Below are positions 41,199-50,779 of a stretch of DNA of 55,962 bases, piece by piece. The position numbers and the translations under genes were made by a program. The notes under the pieces are model-generated. The model had not been told where the DNA came from. It saw nothing but the letters and a program-made list of their open reading frames with translations, and ran no database searches. Every line of letters starts with the position of its first letter. The stretch's first letter is position 1. Source of the DNA: Rikenellaceae bacterium DTU001 (lineage in GTDB: Bacteria; Bacteroidota; Bacteroidia; Bacteroidales; DTU049); assembly GCA_001512885.1 (NCBI GenBank), contig LFSZ01000097.1, positions 872 through 56,833 on the forward strand. Direction: 5' to 3'.

Positions 41199-42281
41199 AT
41201 GGATATTTCATTGATTTTAGTTATTAATCCTGGTTCCACCTCCACTAAAATTGCTATATTTGATAGTGATGGCAATAAAATTTATCAAAATAATATTAAA
41301 CATTCTGCAGAAGAGCTAGCACCTTTTTCTAAAATTACTGAACAATTTTCTTTTAGAAAAGAAATAATAATAGAAGAATTGAAAAAAAATAATATTGATA
41401 TTAATAAGATTAAAGTTATAATGGGAAGGGGAGGGTTACTTAAACCCATTCGATCAGGCTTATATGAAGTAAATGAGTTGATGATAGAGCATTTGCGAAA
41501 TAGTATAAACGGTGAGCATGCAAGTAATCTCGGTGCTTTAATAGCTAATGATATTGCTAAATCTATACCAGATGCTAGAGCATTTATAGCAGATCCAGTG
41601 GTCGTAGATGAGTTGCAAGATGTAGCTCGTATAGCTGGGCATCCACTTTTTAAACGAATTAGCATTTTTCATGCATTAAATCAAAAAGCTATTGCTAGAG
41701 CTCACGCAAAAGCACAGGGTAAAAATTATGAAGATTTAAATCTGATAGTTGTGCATCTGGGTGGTGGCATAAGCGTAGGCGCTCACCAAAAAGGCAAAGT
41801 AATAGATGTAAATGATGCTCTCAATGGTGAAGGCCCTTTCTCTCCAGAACGTAGTGGTACACTCTCTGCTGGACAAGTAGTAGACATATGTTTTAGTGGT
41901 AAATATACTAAGGCAGAAATAAAAAAAATGATTACTGGCAAAGGTGGTCTAGTAGCTTATCTAAATACTAATGATGCACAATTGGTAGGTAAAATAATTT
42001 TAGAAGGTGATAAATATGCTGAATTAATCTATAAGGCTATGGCTTATCAGGTAGCTAAAGAGATTGGTGCTTGTGCTATCGTATTAAAAGGTAAAATAGA
42101 TGCTATTTTGCTTACTGGTGGTATTGCTTTTGATAATATATTTACAGATTGGATAAAAGATTATGTCTCTTTCCTAGCTCCTATCTTTATTTATCCAGGT
42201 GAAGATGAAATGTTCGCTTTAGCTTCTTATGGTATAGCTTATTTAAAAGGAGAAGCTAACGTTAATGTTTATGGTGAATAG
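41199..42281 (+). CDS. buk: Butyrate kinase
   Basis: 360 aa. ASKHA N-terminal motif ILVINPGSTSTKIAIFD, VHLGGGISVGAH, LTGGIA. Confidence 0.9.
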   Translation: MDISLILVINPGSTSTKIAIFDSDGNKIYQNNIKHSAEELAPFSKITEQFSFRKEIIIEELKKNNIDINKIKVIMGRGGLLKPIRSGLYEVNELMIEHLRNSINGEHASNLGALIANDIAKSIPDARAFIADPVVVDELQDVARIAGHPLFKRISIFHALNQKAIARAHAKAQGKNYEDLNLIVVHLGGGISVGAHQKGKVIDVNDALNGEGPFSPERSGTLSAGQVVDICFSGKYTKAEIKKMITGKGGLVAYLNTNDAQLVGKIILEGDKYAELIYKAMAYQVAKEIGACAIVLKGKIDAILLTGGIAFDNIFTDWIKDYVSFLAPIFIYPGEDEMFALASYGIAYLKGEANVNVYGE

Positions 42282-42376
42282 CTTTTAGTGCTTATTTTTT
42301 ATCTTTTAAAAACACTAATTATGGTTTTTGTCTTATAAATTATTTATTTTAAATAGTTTAAAATTAAAAAATTTTT

Positions 42377-43354
42377 ATGTCAAAATATATTATTATAACT
42401 GGAGCAGCAGGTTTTATAGGGAGTGTGTTTGCTCATTATCTTAATAATAATGAAATAGATAAAGTAATCATAGTAGATGATTTTAGTAAAAAAGAAAAAT
42501 TGTTGAATTATGATACACTACCATATGAAAGAATACAAAGAAATCTATTTATTGATTGGTTAGAAAAATATCACAATGATGTAGATGCAGTGATACATCT
42601 GGGTGCTCGTACTGATACTACTGAATTTGATTACAGCATCTTTGAAAAATTAAATTTAAATTATTCTAAAAACATTTGGAATATTTGCTCTAATCATGGT
42701 ATAGATTTGTATTATGCATCTTCTGCAGCTACATACGGAGATGGATCATTAAGCTATGATGATAATTTGGAAATCATTGATAGACTAAAACCATTAAATC
42801 CTTATGGACTTAGTAAAAATGAATTTGATAAATGGGCAATCAAGCAAATTAATCAACCAAAACATTGGGCTGGTTTCAAATTTTTTAATGTTTATGGCCC
42901 CAATGAATATCACAAAAAAAGAATGGCTTCAGTAGTTTTTCATGGTTATCATCAGATAAAAAATGAAGGTAAAATAAAACTTTTCAAATCTCATAGGCCC
43001 GACTACAAAGATGGAGAACAAAAGAGAGATTTTGTATATGTTAAAGATGTTATCAAGGTATTATTTTGGTTTCTAGAGCATCGTCCAGATAATTCTATTT
43101 ATAACCTAGGTACAGGCAAAGCACGTTCTTTTATAGATTTAGCTAAATCTATTTTCGCAGCTATGAATATTCCGACAAATATTGAATTTATAGATATGCC
43201 AACAGATATTAGAGACAAATATCAATACTTTACTGAGGCAAATATGGCAAAATTATATAATATTGGTTATAATAATTCGTTTTATTCTCTAGAAAATGGT
43301 ATTAATGATTATGTAAAAAATTATTTAATACCAGATAAATATTACAAAAAATGA
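42377..43354 (+). CDS. hldD: ADP-L-glycero-D-manno-heptose 6-epimerase
   Basis: 325 aa. ITGAAGFIGS, YASSAATYG, FNVYGPNEYHKKRMASVVFH, KRDFVYVKDV and NLGTGKARSF align block for block with E. coli RfaD/HldD as I remember it. Confidence 0.85.
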   Translation: MSKYIIITGAAGFIGSVFAHYLNNNEIDKVIIVDDFSKKEKLLNYDTLPYERIQRNLFIDWLEKYHNDVDAVIHLGARTDTTEFDYSIFEKLNLNYSKNIWNICSNHGIDLYYASSAATYGDGSLSYDDNLEIIDRLKPLNPYGLSKNEFDKWAIKQINQPKHWAGFKFFNVYGPNEYHKKRMASVVFHGYHQIKNEGKIKLFKSHRPDYKDGEQKRDFVYVKDVIKVLFWFLEHRPDNSIYNLGTGKARSFIDLAKSIFAAMNIPTNIEFIDMPTDIRDKYQYFTEANMAKLYNIGYNNSFYSLENGINDYVKNYLIPDKYYKK

Positions 43355-44106
43355 AAAAAATTTTATTTCTCACTTTATTTGTACTAATTAGTTTTTTTTC
43401 TTTTGGACAGAAACTAGTAGATTCTACTAAAACACTTTCGTTGATAGCACATTATAGTTTCGACATTCCTGCATTAGATATGAAAGCCAGATACGGCAAT
43501 AATAGTGGTGTAGGAGCAGAACTGTCATATAAAACTTCTAAAAATGTATTATTTGCATTAGATTACAATTATATTTTTGGTAATAATGTAAAAATAGAAG
43601 ATTCTATTTTCAAAGGTATATCTACTGCTGATGGATTTATTTTAGATCAAAACGGTATGTATGCAGAGGTTTTTTGCTATGAACGTGGTTTTTCTATAAT
43701 TGCAAAAGCTGGTTATCAATTTCAACTACCTACGAAATATTATTCTGGCATTCAAGTGATGGGTGGAGGTGGATTTTTGCAACATAAAATCAGAATAGAG
43801 AATCGAGAAAATGTAGCCCCGCAGATTTTAGGTGATTATGCTAAAGGTTATGATTACTTGAGAAATGGTCCTGCTGGCTATCTATATGTCGGTTATGTCT
43901 TTCATGCCAATAAAAAAATTATTAAATTTACTGCTGGTTTTGATTGTTTATTTGCATTTACTCAATCTAGACGAGATTATTTATTCCCCATCCAAGGACC
44001 TGATAATGATACACATTTAGACATTATTTATGGGTTTAAAGTTGGTTGGATAATTAATCTTTATAAATCACAAAAATCTAATAAAAAACAATATTATTTT
44101 AACTAG
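43351..44106 (+). CDS. Hypothetical secreted / outer-membrane beta-rich protein
   Basis: 251 aa. Signal peptide (..FFSFGQ), alternating aromatic/glycine-rich strands. Overlaps the hldD stop by 4 nt. No recognisable motif. Confidence 0.4.
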   Translation: MKKILFLTLFVLISFFSFGQKLVDSTKTLSLIAHYSFDIPALDMKARYGNNSGVGAELSYKTSKNVLFALDYNYIFGNNVKIEDSIFKGISTADGFILDQNGMYAEVFCYERGFSIIAKAGYQFQLPTKYYSGIQVMGGGGFLQHKIRIENRENVAPQILGDYAKGYDYLRNGPAGYLYVGYVFHANKKIIKFTAGFDCLFAFTQSRRDYLFPIQGPDNDTHLDIIYGFKVGWIINLYKSQKSNKKQYYFN

Positions 44107-44121
44107 AAAGTACATTTAATA

Positions 44122-45935
44122 ATGAAAAATATTCCTGATATTGGACCTGTTAAAAAAAAAATATTAGGCATAAAAATTTCAGAATCTGTAATATTTTTTA
44201 TTGTTTTTGTAGCGGTATTTTTTCATATATTTTTTACACATAATAGAAAAAATTTAGGACAATGGGAATACCCTATATGGGCTGATGCAGCTGCATATTT
44301 TGTTTACCTTCCTGCTACATTTATTTATCACTATGATGGCAGCAAAATGCCAGAAAATATTTCTGCTATGACTGGCGATGGCTTTAGCATCGAAAATGAT
44401 AAGATTGTTACTAAAGTAGCTATGGGAGTAGCTATTCTGCAAGCTCCATTTTACGCTTTTTCATATCTAATTGCCAATAATTTCAATATTAATGATAATG
44501 GCTTTGGAAAAGTGTATATTTACGGATTAGGTATTGGAGCTGCTTTTTATTTTACTTTAGGATTATTTTTTTTATATTTGTTCCTTAAACGTAGATATTC
44601 TAAAAATGTATGCTTTATAACTCTACTACTAATTATTTTTGGCACCAATCTTTATTATTATACTTATGAGAAATTTCTATACTCACATTTATATTCTTTT
44701 TTTATATTTTCTACTTCTTTGTACCTTATAGACAAATTGATAAAAACTAATTTCAAAAAGACAATTTACATAGCTTTATTTGGTATAATTCTATCACTAG
44801 CATTTTTAGTTAGATACACAAATCCTATCTTTATAGTTTTATTGCTTTTATTTTTAGATATAGATAGCTGGCAGGCACTCAAACAAAGATTTAAATATAT
44901 TTTTAATATCAAATTTATTAGTATTACAGCCATTAGTTTTATAATAATCTTATTACCACAAATGTTTTACTGGCATTATCTAACTGGTAATTTTTTATAT
45001 TATTCATATGGGAATGAAGGATTCAATTGGCTAGAACCTAAATTTTAGAATTTTTCTTTTCACCAAATAATGGAGCATTTATATATACACCACTTTATTT
45101 TATTATTTTTATATATGCTATAATAATGTCAATAAAAAAGGAACAGAATGGTTTATTAATATTAAGCATATTTGTAATAGCTTCATACATATTCGCATCA
45201 TGGTGGTCGTGGAGCTACGGTTGTAGTTTAGGCAAAAGACCATTTGTAGAGCTAACACCAATATTTGGCATTGGTATAGCTAGTTTGGCAGATAAAATAA
45301 TTCAATTTAAAAAACCAATAATTAGCATAATATTATTATTAATTTTATTATTTTCTACTTTATTTAGTTTTAGCTTAAATTTACATTATGCAGGATGCTC
45401 TTTTGTATCTGATACTTGGGATTGGAATGAATATAAATTGATAGTAAATAGAAGCAGATTCCCTTTAATTAGATTTCATAAATATGAATATTCTACAGAT
45501 TTTGAGTATTTTAATAAAGAGTTATATTATCCTTTTATTTTTAATACTGATTTAATTACTAAAACTGATACAGCATACTCTGGTAATTATGTATGCAGGA
45601 TGAGTCCAGATGATTTATTTAGTTTTACTTATAGACGAGATTTTGGCACTATAACCGTAAAAGACTCTTGCAATGTAGATTTCAATATAAAATATTTTTT
45701 CCCAAATATTGATTCAAATAAACTTAATGCATATTTAGTAATACAAGTAGAAGAGATGGATTCAGCAGTGTATTATGCATCACAAAAATTAGAATCTATA
45801 CAGAATAAATGGCTAGATGCCAATATAAATGTAAATTTACCAAATTTTCCAAATTATTTTGTATTAGTTGCATATGTACTAAATGATAGCTCAACAATAC
45901 TATTAGATGATTTTAAAATAAGAATAAAATTTTAA
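44122..45935 (+). pseudogene. Frameshifted polytopic membrane protein, GT-C (ArnT/PMT)-like
   Basis: Track ORFs 44122-45048 and 45126-45935 are in different frames. The second frame is open from 45042 and reads ..LEFFFSPNNGAFIYTPLYFIIFIYAII-MSIKKE.., continuing the TM-helix pattern of ORF1. The junction is a T4 run (45043-45046). The GT-C assignment is tentative. Confidence 0.65.
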
Positions 45936-46423
45936 AATTGAAAATCAATAAAACGAAAAAATAGAATTCTTTTATAATTTATACTGCTTTGTTTTTTTAT
46001 AATAGTAATATTTTCTTTTATAAATTATTAATTGATAAAATGGGAAATTTTTTTTACGGGAGAATTTTTACTCATATTTTTGGTTAAATATCAGATAGAA
46101 TCTATGATTTATACTCAATACTGAGGCACATATAAAAAATTACTTAATAGTGCAAGTGTAATTATACCTAATATTTTGCCATAATATAAGGGAGCAGAAA
46201 TTCATACAAACAGAAAATTAACAAAAACTTATTAATCCCAAAATTTATCAGCCTTTAGGGATAGTCATAGTGATGACATTTTGCTAAATATCAGATATAT
46301 AACGATATTATAGAAGTTAAAATTTTATTCAAATTTACCTAGTGGCTATAAGCAATATTTAGATGTACTAGTCTAATATATTCATTTCTAAAAATCAACA
46401 TTGTATCATGTTTTCAATATCAT

Positions 46424-47977
46424 TTATAAATGGATGATTTTTAATATTCCGTTTCCCTTTTCTGTTATAATTCTGCAAAAATATATACCAGCATTGTAAT
46501 TTTCTGCATTCCATTCAATAGTATGTATTCCTGCGTTCATTTCTTTATTGATAAGATTAATTATTTTATTACCATTCATATTATAAATATCAATTATAAC
46601 ATTAGTATTTTCTTTTAATTCAAATTTAATTTTTGTTGTTGATACAAATGGATTTGGGAAACATGAAAAAGAGTCAAAGTCTTCTATTATTGAATTGTTA
46701 ACAGCATTAATGTTATTTGTATCCACTGCGATATTATAAACCATACCACCATGTCCAAATATTCCTGCATGTACTGATTTACCTGATGCAATGACAGTAG
46801 CACCATTTGAAGAAGTTGAACAAGAGAAAAACGAGCCTGGTGAATTAAGAGAAAAAATTGGAATAGCGGATTCAGTATTAAAAATGAGCAGGTCATTTAT
46901 TAAATTACTTTTATCACCCCAGGAGCATGCTGATAAAATATTACCATTTTTTGAAAAAGAAACAGATGTTACTATATTTCCTGTTCCTGTATATGTCCAT
47001 TGAGGAGTAGGGCCTGATGTGGTTTTGAATAGCAAAACTTTACCATCTTCTGTAGTATCGGTTGGGAAATTAAGTGTACCACATGCAATAAGGCTTCCAT
47101 CATAAGAAACATCTACAGCTGACATCCAATTATAATAATTAGTGGGTGGTTCCATTCTTTGCCACAGCAATGTATAATTAGAACCATCCCAGTGATAAAC
47201 CTTTAACCAGCCATGAAGATCTATTGTTGCAATAATATCTCCATTACCACTTATTCCCATGGAATTTTGACATCCATTGATTGTCGTACTGAAACGTTCA
47301 ATCCCTGTGAATGTCTCATACACTGCAACTTGATTATATGAATTTACTATCACAATAGAGTCATTTCCAGATATCTTCATACCATAGGCAGAATGATAAA
47401 TTTTATGTTTCCATATTTCGGATGTTGAGCCTGACTGAAATCCAAATACCCAGCATGAATCAGAATCACCTGCAGAAGCAGTAGCAATAATAAAACTACC
47501 ATCTGACACCATTTCAATAGGTCCACCACTTATGGCACCGGGAATCACATTTAAAATAAATTCATTTACAACATCCCCTGTAATTTTATCTAATACATAT
47601 ATTTTATCTGGAGAACTAATAGCAACTAAATTCCCATTACGAGACATAGCAATAGAATTTACTAATGCAGGGAATTCCCAGAGTGGAATGCTGTCATTAT
47701 TATTATAAAGAGCTGCCCTGCGATTATTTATATCCCAGTTAATCAATTGATAAAACCCAGTATTATCAGTCCTACATAACGTACCGGTAGAAGTAGCATC
47801 AATATAACGCCAGCGAACAAAAGCATTTATTGAATCCTGTCGGCTTCCCTGAGCTTGCAATATGCAGGAAAAAATAAACATAGAAAAAACAAAACTTATT
47901 AAATAAACTAAAATATTATTTACACTATTAGCTATTTCAAATGATATTCTTTTTGAGATACAATTTTTTGTTTCCAT
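46424..47977 (-). CDS. Secreted beta-propeller-like protein with T9SS sorting domain
   Basis: 517 aa. Hydrophobic signal-anchor region, repeated ..G.(I/V)..(S/T)..G.. blade-like segments, and a C-terminal CTD (FPNPFVSTTKIKFEL...GIYFCRIITEKG..LKIIHL). Confidence 0.55.
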   Translation of the reverse strand: METKNCISKRISFEIANSVNNILVYLISFVFSMFIFSCILQAQGSRQDSINAFVRWRYIDATSTGTLCRTDNTGFYQLINWDINNRRAALYNNNDSIPLWEFPALVNSIAMSRNGNLVAISSPDKIYVLDKITGDVVNEFILNVIPGAISGGPIEMVSDGSFIIATASAGDSDSCWVFGFQSGSTSEIWKHKIYHSAYGMKISGNDSIVIVNSYNQVAVYETFTGIERFSTTINGCQNSMGISGNGDIIATIDLHGWLKVYHWDGSNYTLLWQRMEPPTNYYNWMSAVDVSYDGSLIACGTLNFPTDTTEDGKVLLFKTTSGPTPQWTYTGTGNIVTSVSFSKNGNILSACSWGDKSNLINDLLIFNTESAIPIFSLNSPGSFFSCSTSSNGATVIASGKSVHAGIFGHGGMVYNIAVDTNNINAVNNSIIEDFDSFSCFPNPFVSTTKIKFELKENTNVIIDIYNMNGNKIINLINKEMNAGIHTIEWNAENYNAGIYFCRIITEKGNGILKIIHL

Positions 47978-48056
47978 AAATATTATTTTTATGTAAATTT
48001 ACATTAAAATTTTTAATTACACAATAACGAATAAAAAAATTTTTTTGTAACGTTTT

Positions 48057-48170
48057 GCGGATAAAAGAAGTTGCCGAAGGCAATTTGAGGAAATTTTTGA
48101 TTTCCGTTTATCCGCTGTTATATGACCGAGCCAAAGGCGAGGCAAGGCACGAAATGCCGAAGCGTTTCAC
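48057..48170 (+). other. GC-rich hairpin-dense island (candidate structured ncRNA or relic of foreign DNA)
   Basis: The perfect 9-bp helix GCGGATAAA/TTTATCCGC (48057-48065 / 48107-48115) encloses the hairpins TTGCC-GAA-GGCAA (48071-48083) and GGAAAT-TTTTG-ATTTCC (48089-48105). Then come CCGAGCC-AAA-GGCGAGG (48126-48142) and GGCA-CGAAA-TGCC (48146-48158). There is no ORF. The strand is guessed from the purine-rich loops. Confidence 0.3.
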
Positions 48171-48210
48171 CCTTTATTCATATCCATTTCCTATGACTCC
48201 CTAATTATTT

Positions 48211-48572
48211 TTAAATTTTTCTTATTCTTTCAGTTGTTACTAAATACTTTCTGACTTCTCTTATAAACCTTGCCCAATCTCCGTCTGTGTCCAAGAAAAA
48301 AGCCAGTCTCCACTACAAGCGTTTTTAGCAATATCTGTCTGATGAGCATTTTCAGTGCCATTAGGATATTTTTCTGAATTCCATTCAGAAAAAATTAATT
48401 TTATTTTTGAACTATTTATACTTTGAATTAATTCTACAGTTTTATCATCATCGCAGTCACTTATATTTACAATAAATTCATCTACAATAGGTAGAATGGA
48501 TAGAATGGACTGTTTAATAGGATAATACAGCTTATTTGCATTTTTGCAAAAGGTAAAACCACTGATTCGCAT
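48211..48572 (-). pseudogene. Truncated/frameshifted family-2 glycosyltransferase (N-terminal ~115 codons only)
   Basis: MRISGFTFCKNANKLYYPIKQSILSILPIVDEFIV...GTENAHQTDIAKNACSGDWLF matches the N terminus of a ~320-aa Bacteroidota GT2 family. After GDWLF the frame breaks, and a -1-shifted frame continues ..EVRKYLVTTERIRKI* (stop 48211-48213). The remaining ~200 codons are absent. Confidence 0.6.
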
Positions 48573-48780
48573 TTTTTAATTTCAAAATTAATAATTAAAT
48601 AGAAATAGGTTTTTAATTTAATAAAAATATAAGTAGAATGAATGGTAGTGAGGGGTGGGGTATTATGATAGAGAGAAAAACAAGAGGTGGCATAGTTGGC
48701 TGTTATAAAAATTTTAAAAATTTTTATAACAAATATATAACAAATAAAAATGTTTAATTTTCAGTATTTTATAATTTTAT

Positions 48781-48788
48781 TAATTTTG
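48781..48788 (+). promoter_or_regulatory. Bacteroidota -7 promoter box (TAATTTTG)
   Basis: Exact TAnnTTTG, 68 nt upstream of the clpX ATG. Confidence 0.35.
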
Positions 48789-48855
48789 TAAAAAAAATAA
48801 TATTTATATCAATTAAAAAAAATTTTTATTTTTATATAAAAACAAAATTAAAATT

Positions 48856-50082
48856 ATGGCAACAAAAAATAATGACAATATTAAATGTTCATTTTGCGGA
48901 CGCAATGCTTCAGAAGTAGATTTAATGTTAAGAGGATTCAATGCTAATATATGTAATTTTTGTGTAGAAGAAGCAAAAAAACAAATAAATCTGCAAAGTA
49001 CAAAGTCTAAAAAAACTCCAAAATTAAAATTAAAAAAACCTACAGAAATTTATGAATTTTTAAATCAATATGTGATCGGTCAAGACTATGCCAAAAAAGT
49101 TTTATCAGTAGCGGTTTATAATCATTATAAAAGAATTTTAAATCCTATTATAAAAGATGTAGAATTAGAAAAATCTAATATACTTCTAATCGGTGAAACC
49201 GGAACTGGTAAAACTTTATTAGCTAAAACAATTGCTAAATTACTAGATGTTCCATTTGCAATAGCTGATGCTACAGCTTTGACAGAGGCTGGTTATGTTG
49301 GCGAAGATGTAGAGACGATACTTACTAGACTATTGCAAAATGCTAATTATGATGTTAAAGCCGCAGAAATGGGAATAGTATACATAGATGAAATAGATAA
49401 AATAAGTAGAAAAAATGATAATCCAAGTTTAACAAAAGATGTGGGTGGCGAAGGTGTACAACAAGCATTACTTAAAATTTTAGAAGGCTCTGTAGTATTT
49501 GTACCTCCCGAAGGAGGACGCAAACATCCTGAACAAGAATTTATTCATTTAAACACTTCTAACATTCTTTTTATCTGTGGTGGCGCTTTTGATGGATTAG
49601 ATAAAATCATAGCTAATAGAGTGAAAACTTCTACTATTGGTTTCGGTGTATCTCAAAATAATATTAATAACGGCGAAAAAAATATCTTACATTATGTAAC
49701 TCCTGCAGACCTCAGAAAATATGGATTAATACCAGAGTTTATAGGTCGTATACCTGTAATTACTACTTTAGATTCATTAAATAATGAGGAACTAAAACGA
49801 ATACTAACTGAACCTAAAAATGCGCTAGTAAAACAATATAAAGCATTATTTGAAATTGATAATATTGAATTAGAATTTACAGAAGATGCTCTAGATGCTA
49901 TTGTAGAAAAAACTATTGAGCTTAAACTAGGTGCTAGGGGTTTAAGATCAGTAATGGAAAAAACAATGATGGATCTAATGTATAATACTCCACATATGCA
50001 AGAAACTAAAATATTAATTACTAAAAAATTTGTGGAACAACATTTGCAAGGTTTTGATAATGAACAATCAAAAGTTGCATGA
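48856..50082 (+). CDS. clpX: ATP-dependent Clp protease ATP-binding subunit ClpX
   Basis: 408 aa. N-terminal zinc finger CSFCGR..CNFC, Walker A GETGTGKT, Walker [12 protein letters not shown] pore-loop region, IGF-like LIPEFIGR. Confidence 0.95.
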   Translation: MATKNNDNIKCSFCGRNASEVDLMLRGFNANICNFCVEEAKKQINLQSTKSKKTPKLKLKKPTEIYEFLNQYVIGQDYAKKVLSVAVYNHYKRILNPIIKDVELEKSNILLIGETGTGKTLLAKTIAKLLDVPFAIADATALTEAGYVGEDVETILTRLLQNANYDVKAAEMGIVYIDEIDKISRKNDNPSLTKDVGGEGVQQALLKILEGSVVFVPPEGGRKHPEQEFIHLNTSNILFICGGAFDGLDKIIANRVKTSTIGFGVSQNNINNGEKNILHYVTPADLRKYGLIPEFIGRIPVITTLDSLNNEELKRILTEPKNALVKQYKALFEIDNIELEFTEDALDAIVEKTIELKLGARGLRSVMEKTMMDLMYNTPHMQETKILITKKFVEQHLQGFDNEQSKVA

Positions 50083-50666
50083 AACCACGTTGTTTTGTAT
50101 TATGTATTTTATTATTTTCTTTTTTGAAATTTAATGCTCAGAATAATGATGATCAAATATTGTCAAGGGCTATTATATACCAAGGCGATACCTTACCTTA
50201 TGTAGCTTTAGATACTGTAAAGTATTATTATTTCGATTTCAAAGGTTCTAATAAAGAATATATAGCATTTACCAAATTAGTGAGAGATGTAAAAAAAGCT
50301 TATCCTTATGCTAAACTAGTCGCGAATAAAGTTAATGAAATTAATGCATATTTAAATACTATAAAAGATCCTAAATTATTAGAAAAAGAAAAAAATAGAT
50401 TAGAAAAAGAATTAAGAGCTCAATATGAGAAACAAATCCGTAATCTCACACGCACTCAGGGCAAAATATTGATAAAGTTGATTTATCGTGAAACTAGTAA
50501 AACTTCTTATAATCTGATAAAAGATTATCGTGGAAGTTTTCTCTCTTCTATTTATCAAGGAATAGCAAAAATTTTTGGTTTAAACCTTAAAGATACTTAT
50601 GATCCTGAAGGTAAAGATCGCAATATAGAAATAATAGTGAAACTCATTGAAAATGGGCAGTTATAA
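50079..50666 (+). CDS. Hypothetical secreted protein (DUF4294-like)
   Basis: 195 aa with a signal peptide. The VKKAYPYA and [26 protein letters not shown] blocks resemble DUF4294 from memory. An ATGA overlap with the clpX stop implies co-transcription. Confidence 0.4.
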   Translation: MKPRCFVLCILLFSFLKFNAQNNDDQILSRAIIYQGDTLPYVALDTVKYYYFDFKGSNKEYIAFTKLVRDVKKAYPYAKLVANKVNEINAYLNTIKDPKLLEKEKNRLEKELRAQYEKQIRNLTRTQGKILIKLIYRETSKTSYNLIKDYRGSFLSSIYQGIAKIFGLNLKDTYDPEGKDRNIEIIVKLIENGQL

Positions 50667-50763
50667 TTGATATTATAAAATTAAAAATAATAAACCTTAA
50701 CTTCATTTATAGAATATAAAAATAAAATACACAAAAAAGTATTTAAACTATTATAATTTTTAT

Positions 50764-50771
50764 TATTTTTG
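50764..50771 (+). promoter_or_regulatory. Bacteroidota -7 promoter box (TATTTTTG)
   Basis: Exact TAnnTTTG, 9 nt upstream of ATG 50780. The leader would be very short or absent. Confidence 0.35.
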
Positions 50772-50779
50772 CTAAAAAA

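Noticed and set aside
40898-41665. Two long antisense ORFs (125 and 126 aa) opposite ptb and buk
   Set aside because: They fully overlap confidently identified genes on the other strand and have low-complexity S/A/I-rich translations without motifs. This is a typical shadow of a relatively GC-richer coding region. The same reasoning applies to the other short overlapping track ORFs (e.g. 1174-1362, 4292-4513, 8577-8771, 12644-12853, 24451-24708, 26413-26893, 27612-27845, 46687-47003, 51427-51713, 53146-53364).
45037-45050. Programmed ribosomal frameshift at CCT-AAA-TTT-TAG
   Set aside because: The required shift is -1, but the sequence is not an X-XXY-YYZ slippery heptamer: re-pairing Phe-tRNA from TTT to ATT is unfavourable. 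I also see no downstream stem-loop or pseudoknot. A simple 1-nt indel in the T-run (mutation or sequencing error) is more parsimonious.
46085-46297. 13-mer TAAATATCAGATA occurring twice exactly 200 bp apart in the 488-bp gap 45936-46423, with 12/13 and 9-mer variants at 31399-31411 and 38679-38687
   Set aside because: The flanks do not align beyond about 19 nt, so there is no 200-bp tandem duplication. An AT-rich 13-mer repeat is within chance expectation for this composition.
48057-48175. Short matches of the GC-rich island to RNase P RNA (AAGGGTGAAA on the minus strand), SRP RNA (GAAGC after a GNRA loop) and 5S rRNA (GTGAAACGC)
   Set aside because: Each match is under 11 nt, and the defining neighbours are missing (GUAAGAGC and GAGGAAAGUCC for RNase P; AGCA/GGAA symmetric-loop pairs for SRP). 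The island is also far too short for RNase P. I found no T-loop GGTTCGAATCC or acceptor features for tRNA or tmRNA.
48641-48680. Resemblance of AATGGTAGTGAGGGGT...GATAGAGAG to the 3' half of 5S rRNA (..GATGGTAGTGTGGGGTCTCCCCATGCGAGAGTAGG..)
   Set aside because: Only about 15 nt match well. The complementary strand of the helix (CTCCCC) and the whole 5' half of 5S are absent, and no 16S or 23S is nearby. At best it is an unrecognisable relic, so it is not called as rRNA.
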